A stretch of DNA of 64,000 bases from Owenia fusiformis. Its lineage: Eukaryota. Of the stretch, positions 40,139 through 52,695 are shown in pieces. Below the pieces are notes generated by a model. The model ran no database searches. It was not told the DNA's origin and worked only from the letters and a program-made list of their open reading frames with translations. The position numbers and the translations under genes were made by a program. Location: positions 19,778,001-19,842,000 of the forward strand of contig CAIIXF020000001.1 of the NCBI GenBank assembly GCA_903813345.2, given 5' to 3'. Position 1 is the first letter of the stretch. Each line of letters begins with the position of its first letter.

Positions 40139-42405
40139 CACATAGGGTGGTTTAAGATTAATGTAAATAGCCAATTTACGCGTATCTCTATCATTTTAAT
40201 AAATCTTTTGTTACATGACTAATATTTGTACCCCACTGTTTAATCATATTGAAGATAAACCACGACATCTCATTCCTTCTCAGCCCATTTTCTACCCTTT
40301 TTGGTAATATTTCTTAAAGATCTAGATTAATGTATATGTTTTTAGTATCCTATCTTGAAGAAAAATCAATTTTGAATATAAAACATGAAATATGGTTAAT
40401 CTCATTTAAAAGTAAACAAAAAAAGCCAGAAGAAAAATAGTTTAAAAATGTTCTCTTCAAATGCTGCATTGTAGGTAATTATTCAAGAATACATTCCAAT
40501 AAAAACATAATATGTGGGAGAATGTTCACTTTAAATATTGCCATAGTAATGATGGATTCCATTAAATTATCAACATGTATATGTATACTGTATAAGTGGT
40601 TAATTTGCCGAGGTATTTAATGTTCCGATTTCCGATTTAAATGTCGGATAAATAACAACTTATAAAATCAATTTACATTGTGAATTAATATTGAAGTCGT
40701 CATTATAAGAGTCAAGTCAAGCTATGAGACTGGTATGATACTTTCGGCGCTAAAAATAAATCCCTTGTAATTAACCAATCAGCACGAGGAAATAAAGATT
40801 AAACAAACAAACTCACATGTGACATAATTCCTCTCAAAAACGTAATCATTTTTTTATTTTTGGGTTATTTCTTAAAATCATACATGAAAAGCAAAAAACG
40901 AGATTTTACTTGGAATGTGTACAGGAAGCATTTTTTCTCCAATTTTGAAAACCAAAGAATGCTTATGTCAATCGGACCTTAGTCTCAGATCGGACATAAT
41001 ATAAGTATGATGCTACTTTAATAATATGTTGGGCTTGAAGTACACATCAAAGACATCATACTTATGTCCGATCATAAGTTTGAATGATAGTTGGGTTTCA
41101 AATATTAATTGTATAACTTATACGAGACCAATGTAATGCTACTACGGGATTGGATCGACAGGCCTTACTATTTATCCATGTTTTTTTCTCTTGAAAAACT
41201 CAACGTGTGATGTATATTTCTTAGTCTTCCAATGAAATCTACAAATATTTCGTTGCGGTTTTACCTTTACATCGTCATTTCAATCACCGCCATTATTTTT
41301 CAAGGAGTTACCTTGGAAATATCAAGACGGCATGCTATTCTCATGCTTATAGAACTTTAATCATCATTAATTAAAGCGGGTATATGGACTGTGGAGAGAA
41401 AAATTGAAAATTTTTACCTTTTCTGAGCTATCGGGGCGAAGTTTGGTCGAACAACTTCTTCCTTATTCCTATTTTATAAAAATGTATGCATATGGCAATA
41501 TTCATCAACCAGTAGAACTGGCAAATCGTTAAGAATCTACAATTCTATACAAGGAGTCCCACTCATAGATTTTTCAAATTCTTTCCAAGTCTTCCAAGTC
41601 GACGTCGAAACACCTAGCGGGTGAAATTGAAACTAATTTTTCTTGCTGCTTGAATCGATAGAATCTCTGATAGTGTGAGTCTTTTTACTGTTTGATTCCT
41701 AACTGTGATAAAACGGTAATTAAAATTAAATTTATTTAGTAGGTCGTGTTATATAATGATGAAAATTTGCATTTTCTGTTTGTCTTCGAATACGGTGACA
41801 GTGTATCATAAGAATTGAAACAATTTTAAGCAATTCAGAGTTTCATTGAATTACCGACAAATATGGTAATATGCATTCCTCGATTGTTCGTATTTCCAAA
41901 ACGTTTCGTTCAATTTTTCACTAGACAAAATTTGTAGTCATTATTCTAAAGCTATATACTTGAGAAACATTGATACAATCTGTATGGTGACGGCCGTAGC
42001 CGTAACCTTCCCCCGGTTCCCCTTGATACTGACCAGTATCATTCATTGACATAAGAAATGGTTGATCATTATATAATTTTTTTAAATTTTTATATTATTT
42101 GTCTATTACAATAAAATATATAACAATTGGATATGGATCATAATGCTCTTTTAATCTGCACTGTACAACACCAGGCCATTGGTTGTACAGCGGAGCAATA
42201 TGAGCGTTACCACAATCACATCAAAATGATTTAGATACACTGCAGAATAGAAAACAAGCTAGTGTCTCAGAGCTATGACTGCCAGTCATGGTTGGACGGA
42301 TCTATTGTCTTTTGCGAAATTCGCAGTGCAAATAGTTGGGGTGCAGGATCGAAACTTGGTCCAGTCCACATTTCAGCAAACTGTCCATTCATGTTCTCAT
42401 TTCGT

Positions 42406-43608
42406 TCACTGTAATTGAGCTGTAACTCCGTTGACGATATTACCGTAGCAGCTTTTCCAAGCTTTGTTGTCGAAATCCTTAATAGTTCCAGCAAAAATTT
42501 GTTCCAGGGCTTGTCCAAGTTGCTGAAACAGAATTGGAATGCATTAGTTAATGATGGTTGTTCGATGTATTGACATTTGTTTGAACAGTATATATCTTTT
42601 TTCTACTATAATGGAGGATACTTGATTAGAAATAAAATATGTACAAAACATGTTAATGTAATTACAGTATATAATATGAATATACTTAGATAGAATCGTG
42701 TTTATAAATCTTTTCATCAGTTCTTTCTTATAAACATTTTGTAATTTGATTGCATTAAAACTTATGCCTACCTCAAAATATATGATTTTTAGATTTGGAA
42801 TATTGGAGTGGAAGGCGGCAAGATGCTGGATTTGTGATGCATATACTTCAGCGTTTCCAAGCAACGATATAACACTACTAAGACCTCCCAGAACTCTGGT
42901 GCAATGGGCTTGGAATTTCGGTGAATTTGTGTCATCGCTGTCAAACTTCGAGAACAGCGCTTTTGATTCAGGTGATAACTTGAACAATCTGAAATAGATA
43001 CTCACCGATTGTGATTTCTTGACAGAAATATTCAAATTAATTACTATTCATCAAAATAGTTCTACAACTCGAGAATGTATTCAGAACTTAATGTTCCATA
43101 TCGTATGAATCCAATGAGCAATACTAATCTACTAATCTTCAACATTTCGATGTTAAAAAACTTACAGTAGTTGAGAAACCTTTTAGTTATTCAACATGTA
43201 TTGTTGACTTCAGTAGAAATGAAATATCCCATTGTCTTGTCTTAGATTCTGCTAATGATTGAATGTTTGAAGGTTTGTTTTCCTTATGATGTTTTCATGT
43301 TTTTTTTGTAGTTGCCATTCGTATCCCTCTTGGCGGTCCAATCAGAGCTCTATTCCCAAGAATACTCTCCCAAGAGAATTTAGATTTCGATGAATTTTGC
43401 CTGTATTTCCAAAAGTTCTGAAGGTGGCGAGGGCCATTAAATAAACATTGACTTACGATCTAAACGCCGCTTTACAGACGACATCCCTATGGTTGTTGTA
43501 AACCAGGTTCCATTCGTTCTGCACTCTGATTTTTTGCAATTCGTCGCAGTTTCCTTTTACAACTACAACGCCGACGACGAGGCAGGCAAATATTGCGAGG
43601 ACTTTCAT
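42406..43608 (-). CDS. Secreted extracellular-type globin, paralog 3 (161 aa; exons 43608-43457, 42988-42772, 42522-42406)
   Basis: MKVLAIFACLVVGVVVVKGNCDELQKIRVQNEW...VVCKAAFRS|LFKLSPESKALF...FQAHCTRVLGGL...HLAAFH...YFE|QLGQALEQIF...AWKSCYGNIVNGVTAQLQ*. Confidence 0.95.
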
Positions 43609-43710
43609 GGCGATAGCACTAAAATAAAATAAATGGAATTGGTGACATGAGATTTGATATGAAGGGCTTCTCAGATTTCGGGTCACAATAACAAAATTAT
43701 TAAGGATATA

Positions 43711-44692
43711 CAGGGTGGTCCAAAAAAAGTGAACCCTTGCAACCGGCTATATTTCCCTTATTACCTGCAGGAATCCTTTCATAGTTTCACATGTTGTAGA
43801 GGAAGATCTAAAAAAAATTTGGTACTATACATTTTTCTTAGAAATTTGAAATTTCCAGAAATCATAAGCCCTAACGAAACATCATTGAAAATGGGTAAAA
43901 TGTGAACTTCAATATCTGCGATTCTTCAACCCTTCAACAATCTTCCCAAGGAAATCTTTTAAGCCGGAGTCTGGCAAACCTAATGTTTTCTGACTTTGTT
44001 TGGTTTTGAATCCCACACAATATGATGTAAAAATAAGCATCCTACCTCTGTTAGTTGCAAATTTATTTTGATAAAAAGAAATGTTCAATGTTTCCAAAGA
44101 CAAGAACATCTTCCAGTGAAATCGCAACATAACCCTATATGGTCTTAAAATGACAATATCTTCATTAATCATGGACCAATTCTAATGAAATATAGCTCAA
44201 AACACTGAATATTAGATTTCCTTTCAACTTTTGTAAGATTTGATATGAAGGGCTTCTTAGATTTCGGGTCACAAGGGGTAACTTTGCCCCCCTCCACCCG
44301 TTTGTGTAGGTAACATGCCTCTTAAACTATTGAATGGTTAAAACAGCTTCAAAATGGTCAATAAAAGTGTAAAATGTGTTTTCTGCTCAAATAGTGTCCC
44401 ATTTGTCATGGTAGGGTTTAAACTTATAATCTCTCACTGAAAGCTTTTTTAAGATCATCTTATGTGTATCGAGAATTTCCGTCAATCACATCAGTAAAAT
44501 TTTGCACAAAATCTAATTTGAGGCATGTTTGTTTAAGTCTTGTAATTTCTTGAAAATTCAAGACTGAGAATAATTATGGTGTCAACAAAATTTTAGACCT
44601 TTCTCTACAAGATGTGATAATATGAGCAAATTCATGCATGTATTAAGGAAAATATAGCCTGTTGCAGGGGTTCACTTTTTTGGACCACCCTG
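43711..44692. mobile_element. Tc1/mariner-type non-autonomous element
   Basis: TA TSD; TIR CAGGGTGGTCCAAAAAAAGTGAACCC / GGGTTCACTTTTTTGGACCACCCTG, the same terminus as the 39125-40138 element. Confidence 0.85.
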
Positions 44693-44694
44693 TA

Positions 44695-44851
44695 CACGGG
44701 GGTAAAGCAGACCCGATGATGCAATGAGCTTGCTCGGCGGTATCATGACTGTGTAACGGGTCTTAATGTATAAGTGAGCTCGGCGGTAGGTTCAAACAAC
44801 GCGGATCCTCAAAGCATGTGCTCATGGTATCATCGTGGCTTTACCCCCATG
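44695..44851. mobile_element. 157-bp Transib-like MITE
   Basis: 5-bp TSD CTGTA; TIR CACGGGGGTAAAGC / GCTTTACCCCCATG. Confidence 0.7.
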
Positions 44852-45004
44852 CTGTATATAGCATGACATATAAGTTGTAAAATAATGTCTGCACAATTTT
44901 TAATATTATTATCCACCTTGTCTAGATACTGAAATCTGATTGATTCTAAACTACTGGTAATTTGACCATATCTGGATTTTGAAAAAAAATTAATCAATAT
45001 TTTA

Positions 45005-46488
45005 TTTTAGCTCACAAAGTGAGCTCTTGCAATTACTCACTTGTCCGTCTGTCCGTCCGTCCGTCTGTCCGTCAACAATACAGGCACGTTTTAAAACCTC
45101 TGTCGATAGGATACCTGTTATTTAAGTTCAACAACAATACAGAAAATTCACCTATGACTCTTGGTTCAAAAGTTCACCTATTTTCAAAATGGCCGCCATT
45201 TTTGTCTAGCGAAATTCACTTTTGACCCATTTCCTAGCTTTACAAATATTTTCAGGTGTCCTGCATTGTAAAAATCCATGTCAATGTAAAGAGTAGTTGT
45301 ATGAAATAATTTTGTTACAAAACATCAGCAAAATAGTATATCCATTTTTTTTATTTTAAGCCATTTTATTAGTTTACATTGATTTGTCCATCTGACTCGC
45401 GAAATCCACTTTTCCATCAATAATAGTGTGGCACGTTTTAAAACCTCTGTCGATAGGATTCCTGTTTTAAGTTATTTCTGCTCAACATCAATACAGAGAA
45501 CGCCCCCTATGACTCCTGGTTCAAAAGCTCGCCTATTTTCAAAATGGCCGCCATTTTTGTCTCGCGAAATTCACTTTTGAGCCATTTCCTAGTTTTACGG
45601 ATAATTTCAGGTGTCCTGCATTGTAAAAATCCATGTCAATGTAAAGAGTAGTTGTATGAAATGATTTTGTTACAAAAAATCAGCAAAAAAATATATCAAT
45701 TTTTTTTATTTTCAGCCATTTTAGTTAACATTGACTTGTCCATCTGTCTCCCGAAATCCACTTTTGGACCATTTGCCTAAAAACTCTGTTGATAGGATTC
45801 CCGTTTTAAGTTATTTTTGTTCAACATCAATACAAAAAAATCCCCTATGACTCCTGGTTCAAAAGCTCGCTTCTTTTCAAAATGGTCTCCATTTTTGTCT
45901 CGCGAAATTCACTTTTGACCCATTTCCTAGATTTACAAATAATTTCAGGTGTCCTGCGTTGTAAAAATCCATGTCAATGTAGAGTAGTTGTATGAATTAT
46001 TTCAAATAATTTTTACAAAAAATCTGCAAAAAATTATATCCATTTTTTTATTTTCAGCCATTTTAGTTAACATTGATTTGTCCATCTGTCTCTCAGTCAG
46101 TCCAAAATAGTGGCAAGTTTTAAAACCTCAGTCTGTCAACACTTGGATCTTTTTAAATTCTCTGTAGATAGGATTCCCTTTTTTAAATATTTTTGTTCAA
46201 AATCAAAAAAGAAAAAAACAGTGGCTCCTGCTTCAAAAGCTCGCCTATTTTCAAAATACCCGCCATTTTTGTCTCGCGAATTCACTTTTGGCCCATTTCC
46301 TAGCTTTACAAAAAAAATTCAAGTGTCCTGAATTGTAAAAAGCTATGCTTTTGTAAAGAGTAGTTGTATGAAAAAATTTTGTTACAAAAAATTGGTAAAA
46401 AATTATATCCGTTTTTTCTGTCATTTAAGCCATCATTCACTTTTGAGCAACACCATGTGAGCCCAGTACCCACGGTACTATTTTTTTT
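45005..46488 (+). mobile_element. Helentron/HINE (DINE-1/pearl-like) element
   Basis: TTTTAGCTCAC..GTGAGCT head, (GTCC/GTCT)n microsatellite, ~340-360-bp core tandem repeats, 3' GTGAGC plus hairpin AGTACC-CAC-GGTACT and a T-run. Confidence 0.75.
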
Positions 46489-47043
46489 AATATTGGTCGG
46501 GAGACGTTACATTATTTGAAGAATTCCACAAAGAACAGTGTTCAATATAGCTACTGTGCATTATGAAATAAAACCACAGCATCCAAGGTCGCTTGTTAAA
46601 CAGTTGTCAAGGTGACAACTTGACTCTCCATTTTGAAATTGATACTTTGCCAACTTGATCATTGCAAAGTTTTATTGAAAATATGTTCTTTTGGTTATTT
46701 TGTATCTTTTAGGTGATTTTTTAGAAAATATCATGCAATGTGTGAAAAGAATTAGCCTAGACCCAGGCGTTGTTTCCCAAAACGTTGCATTCCCCCTGGG
46801 CGGAAATGCAAAGATCTGGAAAGAACACGGGTCTTCGTATAGATTGTTCATTAAAAAAACTTCTCAAAATGCTATTAAATAAATTATAATTAAATAAATT
46901 TCCCCGAATCAATGACAATTGAAAATGCATTTTAAGATGAAGAACTAATGTTAAAAAATTGTGTTCAATTCGTAAATCCTGAAAAAGTTTTAATATATTG
47001 AGCTGAAGTAAGAAAACAAACTAGAAATTTACCAACTGCTTTC

Positions 47044-47160
47044 CTATTAATCCCGTTCTAACTTCAGATCTGTGAAAGTCTGGTGACAGTAAGTGGATCG
47101 ATCCATGTCTTATATAACCATCTATTTTGAAAAGCCAATTAAAAATTTGGTTCATGTCCT
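47044..47160 (-). promoter_or_regulatory. Globin-3 core promoter and non-coding exon 1
   Basis: TATATAAG at 47116-47109; homologous to the promoters of paralogs 1 and 2; the donor position reads TAG|GAAAGC instead of GTAAGC. Confidence 0.75.
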
Positions 47161-47862
47161 GTTGATAAAGGGGCAGCTAATGGAAAATGTCATGAATGTT
47201 CACTAGAAAAACATGCTATTAACTTTTTTATTATCAATTGATAAACAGGCAATTAAATTCAGATGCCATAAAAGTGCGGACGTGTACGTCCTGACGGGCT
47301 GGATGAAAGATGGTTAATTTGATGAACGTGTTTGGATACAATCCATAAGTCATTTGGATGTCAAGGAGATTGGACTGATTTTCAGAATGTTAACCTCACG
47401 TTTTCCTCTAACTGCTGTCAATGTGTCATAGGACAGTTTTATTTATTCAACTTTAAGCAGGGTGATTTATCCAGTTTTATTCAGTTTACAATTGAACAGA
47501 AAAATATTGTATATGATTTTAGTTTGCTAGATGGGATTTCATGGGTGGAGATTTTTCAAATATTTTTTCACAGGCTGGTAAAGATTCATAAACTAGACAC
47601 TTCATTTCCAAGGAATTATTCCACCAGAATGTAATTGAACTTTTATGAACGCGTTATCCTCTTGTTTTGGAATAACTTTCTCAATTATGAAGGAATTTTC
47701 GTGATTTTTTTCTTTGTAGAGAGTGTTCAATGCATGATATATTGATATAGGCCTTCTTGCATCAACAACTCTAAGATTTAAATCTAGAGATATCATGTTT
47801 TCCATTGAGCGTTCCCTGACGCCATAACACTAAAAAATGTAAGTTTGGATTCTTTCTCGTAG

Positions 47863-49473
47863 ACACGCCTTACCATCGACAACGTACAGTGACGAACGCC
47901 GTAGTACACTTTAGATGTACGGTGTCACATTTAACCGATTTGGAGCAAAAACAATGATGTAGGTTTGATGAAATCAAACATGAAATCCTTAAAAATTATG
48001 ATACGACGTCAGATACTGTACCACACGGCATTTTACTGCATTTTTACATGCCTCCTTACTTTTAAAACCGCGATATCTCGACAGCAAAATCATATTTTTC
48101 TACAATATTTTGTCATTAGTTGAACATATATGTCTATGAAGTATTTTGCCTATCGGGATTCAAAATAATTAATTTGGAACTTTTTAATTGAGAATCACGC
48201 AAGCTATATTATGTGACTTTCTACGCTAAAACCGGGTGTGGACTGTAACATTTTGAAGAAAAATGATTTTAATTTTAAACGAAAAATGAAGATAACTTTT
48301 TCATTTCTAAACAGATCTTTCTAAAATTTTCACAATATTTAAATTCACCATTTTGAAAAAGACTAAAATATTCTGTGTGATGACGTCATAATATAACAAT
48401 GCTAACTTAACGCTTATATTTATGCCAAAAAAGTGTGGACAGGCAGAATTTCGTACCAACAAGATATATATTTTGATCAATTAAACATTAAATCGTTTGA
48501 AAGGTGAATTATTCTTTTTTGATTCCTTAAAGGCATATCATATTCTACATTTTTATCAAAAAAATATAGCATTTCGATTAAAATTCAATCTGTAAGGAGT
48601 ATAAATTGAAAGAAATATGAAGTGAAGCCATGTGAAAAATTCACAAAATTACGTTTCATTTTTTGTGTTTAAATAGCCTATCTCTAACTCATTGCAGTGA
48701 TAAACATTTAAAACATTCCAATGTTTCAACATGTTCTTTTTATTATACCCTTTACTATATACAATTAATTTCATTTAATTTGAACCAGTCATATTGAGAT
48801 AGACATCACTTTATCATCGCAACCCCAGGTGAAGCCTTTACAAAATAAGACGTTACGCCGTTAGCGTATTATATGTTCTCCTTTATTATTCATTGCTTTA
48901 ACTAAATAAAACTAAATATTCGAGTTAAAATAGATAACAAATAAAACATTTATCAATATTTTCCCGTCTATGTATATCAGTTGAATATGACAAGGGGCTT
49001 TGTGAAAGAGACTAGAATGACGGTGCGACAACGAGAGCGCAGGGCCGAAAAGCGCGACAAAAAAGAAAACAGGTAGTGTTTGAAATGTCTACTTTCTGGT
49101 GATTCTAATTCTGTATATCGTGGCACAATCTTTTTTAATATAGAATTGTATTGATTCGCACATTAATCTTGTCAGTTACCTGAAATTTTTAAGAAGATTC
49201 CAAGAATATTAAAACTTTTGCAATAACTTTGAAGACGTTGCGCGTTTTTATCGCGTAAATCTTTGCATTTTGTCGGTAAAATGGACAATTACAATGTTAC
49301 GCCGTGATGTATAGTATCTGACGTCGTATCTAATGTATTCCCAGATAATTTTTTTAAACCTATATCAAACCTACATCATTGTCTTTGCTTCAAATCGGAT
49401 AATAGTGACACCGTACATCTAAAGTGTACGACGGTAGATTTTGTTACTGTACGTTGTCGATGGTTAGGCGTGT
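47863..49473. mobile_element. Non-autonomous DNA element with ~160-bp TIRs
   Basis: ACACGCCTTACCATCGACAACGTACAGT ... ACTGTACGTTGTCGATGGTTAGGCGTGT; TAG on both flanks; a solo end of the same family lies at ~54290-54440. Confidence 0.75.
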
Positions 49474-51330
49474 TAGAATTTACCTAGTATGCAAGACAGT
49501 TCATCAATTTGACAAAATTTTGTTGGAGAAATGGTAGTTATGACACATTATTGATAATGCGGGAGAAAGCAATTCAGAAATCAATTAAATAATGTCTAAG
49601 ACAGAAATCTCTAGAAAATTGTATTTTTGAAAATGTCTGTACAATTTCACGTAAAGGCATATTTGGACGGAAAATGTGATTACTCTTTTGAAAATCATAG
49701 ATGCAATATAAATACTCCACTATTTTCTCAACTGAACGCTCTAACTACTGATATATCACAAAGATTCCACCATATTTGAGAAAGTTATTCCAAAATAAGA
49801 CACTTCAGAATACTGTTTTCAATTTTGCATAGGCCTATGTTTAGACAATTAAAAGTTGCTATAATTAAAAAAAGGATACTGATATTTTGCAAAGTTCATA
49901 TCTTCTTAAAAATTTCAGGTAACTGACAAAGTTGCCATAAGGGTATTAAAAGGTTTACGTGCGCTTGAATGAGCTTTTTGTTCTTTTTCGTGATACCTGC
50001 TGACAAGGCTCATTAAGCTGTGTGGGTAGATTACGGGTGCGGGCGGGTCCACTGGCATATGAAAATGCACCCGTAATGTGTAAAGGATATTGGAGATGGC
50101 AGTGTAGGTAGTCAGGGTAGTAAGAAGAAGTAGCTGATTTTGAACTTGAATAACTTGAATAAAGAACCAAGAAGAGACTTCTTGACAGTGTCTAAAAGTT
50201 GTATTACGAAACCTCGGCTCCCAGTGAATATAATACATCGAATGTGGAAATGTTGACCATATGTTGTTTCATCTAGCAAAATAAGCTTCTTGCATCCTGT
50301 TTTGGGCTTTTTCATTATCTCAGGTATTTTATGACTTATTCTCTGCCTCGGTCAATTCTGTTCAACTTAGAGTACATAAACAATAAAAGATAGCAATAAT
50401 AGCTCTTGATTTCAAAACAGTTGTGTGTAGTGTAATACATCTACGTCTTCAGTTAAAGAAGCCTGTTGAACGATTACTAATAGGCAAAATAGGCAAATAG
50501 GCAAAATTACCACTTATACAGTAAACCCCAGCTACGCAACTCATGAATCATTTGGTTACACCATCATTTATTGCGCAGCTCTATACGTCCATAAGTGTGA
50601 TATTCTAATTTATCTAGACACCGATTTATGGGGACACACAACTTATAATGGGGACACACAACTTACAAATAGATGGCATTTTAAAAACAAGAATATAGTC
50701 CAATTTTTGTAATTATATTAGCATCACCAGTGTTGGATTTTGGTGAGTACATGAATGAAAAAGTGTATGGACCAACTCTAACACATGATTTGATGTGATT
50801 AAGGTGCATTTTCTTTAAGAAATTTGACCTTTTTGACCTGCCTCAATCTTTCAAAACCTAAATGATTTGTCTTTCAGAGAATCGTTGTATCGTCATGGAA
50901 GGCTCTATACTTATTCATTGTGATTGATAGATTGGATCATATAATCATACAAAATACTGCAGTTATAATTAATCGAATCAATTTTCGACAAATTTTCTAT
51001 ATTTATTTCTTATTCATTTATTACATGTACATTGCCATGATTATCTATGCTAAGTTAAGCTCTTAGTTACAACGCCAGGCCTTTGTTGTGACAGAGAGCA
51101 TATTAACATTATCACATCAAATAATCGAATGTAACAAATAAATATATCAGTTCAATATCAATTCATTTTACAGAAATGAATGTCTCAGAGCCTCGACTGC
51201 CAGTCATGGTCGGCGCTATTGCCGTGTGTCCATTCGATGTTCAAATAGTTGGGGCATGCGATCCATTTATAGGGCCCATTGGTTCACATTTTATGGAGAG
51301 TCCACAAAAGATAAATTTACATTCGCCCTA

Positions 51331-52284
51331 TTAAACGATACGGGATGTCATTCCTTTGACGATATCGATGTAGCAATCTGCGAACGCTTCGTTGTCATAA
51401 TCCTCGATAGAACGCTTGAAAATTTCCTCCAGTGCTTGTCCAAGTTGCTAAAATAAAATTAAAAGTTGAGTTGATGAATGCATACAAATTAACAATACAT
51501 AAATTCTAATGACAAACTCCATTATCATTATTGCCTAACTCATTGGCACGTTCAACTGCACGTAATCGTTTGATTGCACGTCCGACTGCCCCATTCCCAT
51601 GCAACTGACTGAGGATTCATAAGCTGTTCTATGCGCCATGAGTCATGACATTGATCGAATTTTAATCAATCTAAGTAATAAATACTCACGAGAAAGGCAT
51701 AAGCTATATGAATAAATATTGGAAATTAGGACTTAGGATGAAGAATGAATTACCTCAAAATATACGATTTGGAGATTTGGGATCTTGGCATGGTATTGGC
51801 TGAGATGGTCCAATTGTGATTCGAATATTTTCGGCTCTCCTAGCAGAGAGAAAAGCTGGCCAAGACCTCCTAGAACTCTAACGCAATGGGCTTGGAATTT
51901 TGGCGAGTTTGTGTCTTGGCTGTCAAACTTTGAGAATAGTGCTCTTGTGGCAGGTTCTATCTTGAACAGTCTATAAAATGAAAAATGAAATGTAAATCCA
52001 ATTAGCATAAAATGCGCTGATTACGTAGACTAAAAATAACTGTTCAAAATGAAAAATTGTTTGGAAATCTTAAGATTTTTTAAAATGACATGGCAAAGTT
52101 CATTGTGAAAATGTACTTACGCTCTGAATGCCGCTTTACAGATAGTAGTCCTGGTTGTGGCTCCCTCGTTGGTGTAGATTTGTGCCCACTGTGCCTGTAC
52201 TTTGTATTTGTGCAATTCATCACAGGCGCCGTGCACAACTGCAGCCCCAACGACGATGCACGCCAAAATAGCTAGTACTTTCAT
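51331..52284 (-). CDS. Secreted extracellular-type globin, paralog 4 (165 aa; exons 52284-52121, 51970-51754, 51447-51331)
   Basis: MKVLAILACIVVGAAVVHGACDELHKYKVQAQW...TICKAAFRA|LFKIEPATRALF...FQAHCVRVLGGL...HLSQYH...YFE|QLGQALEEIF...AFADCYIDIVKGMTSRIV*; the most divergent copy. Confidence 0.95.
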
Positions 52285-52565
52285 AGTGCCTATATAAAGA
52301 AAACACAATTTTTGTTAATGCTGTTAACAATGTGGTGTTATTCTTGTCGAAAATATTCTTTAATTCCGAAATGAACATTGAAAGATCCAGAAAAGTATAT
52401 CAAAGATGCAGAAGCAGTACTAGTATTTAAAATATGGTTCAAAATCCTCACAACGGGTCAAGCATAACTATTTTTAAACTGTTTAAAAGATTATTTATTT
52501 ATTTATAAAGTTGAAAACAGTTGATTAAAATCACTTTCACATATAAAATTTGTAAAGCAAATTAC

Positions 52566-52695
52566 CTTTGTTCCTTAAAAATTGACTGGTTCGTAGTCTT
52601 CAGATCTATGGCCGGGTGGTAGTTTCGTGTTACTTAACGTCTTTTATACCTATTCTATTTTGAAAAATCACCTTAAATATTTGGTTAGCGTCACT
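52566..52695 (-). promoter_or_regulatory. Globin-4 core promoter and non-coding exon 1
   Basis: TATAAAAG at 52648-52641; donor AAG|GTAAT at 52566; shares TTAAATATTTGGTT with the other promoters and AGATCTGAAG with paralogs 2 and 3. Confidence 0.7.

Noticed and set aside
23279-51976. Plus-strand ORFs overlapping globin exons, and alternative-frame minus ORFs over exon 3
   Set aside because: Shadow frames of the real globin exons; splice phases define the correct frame.
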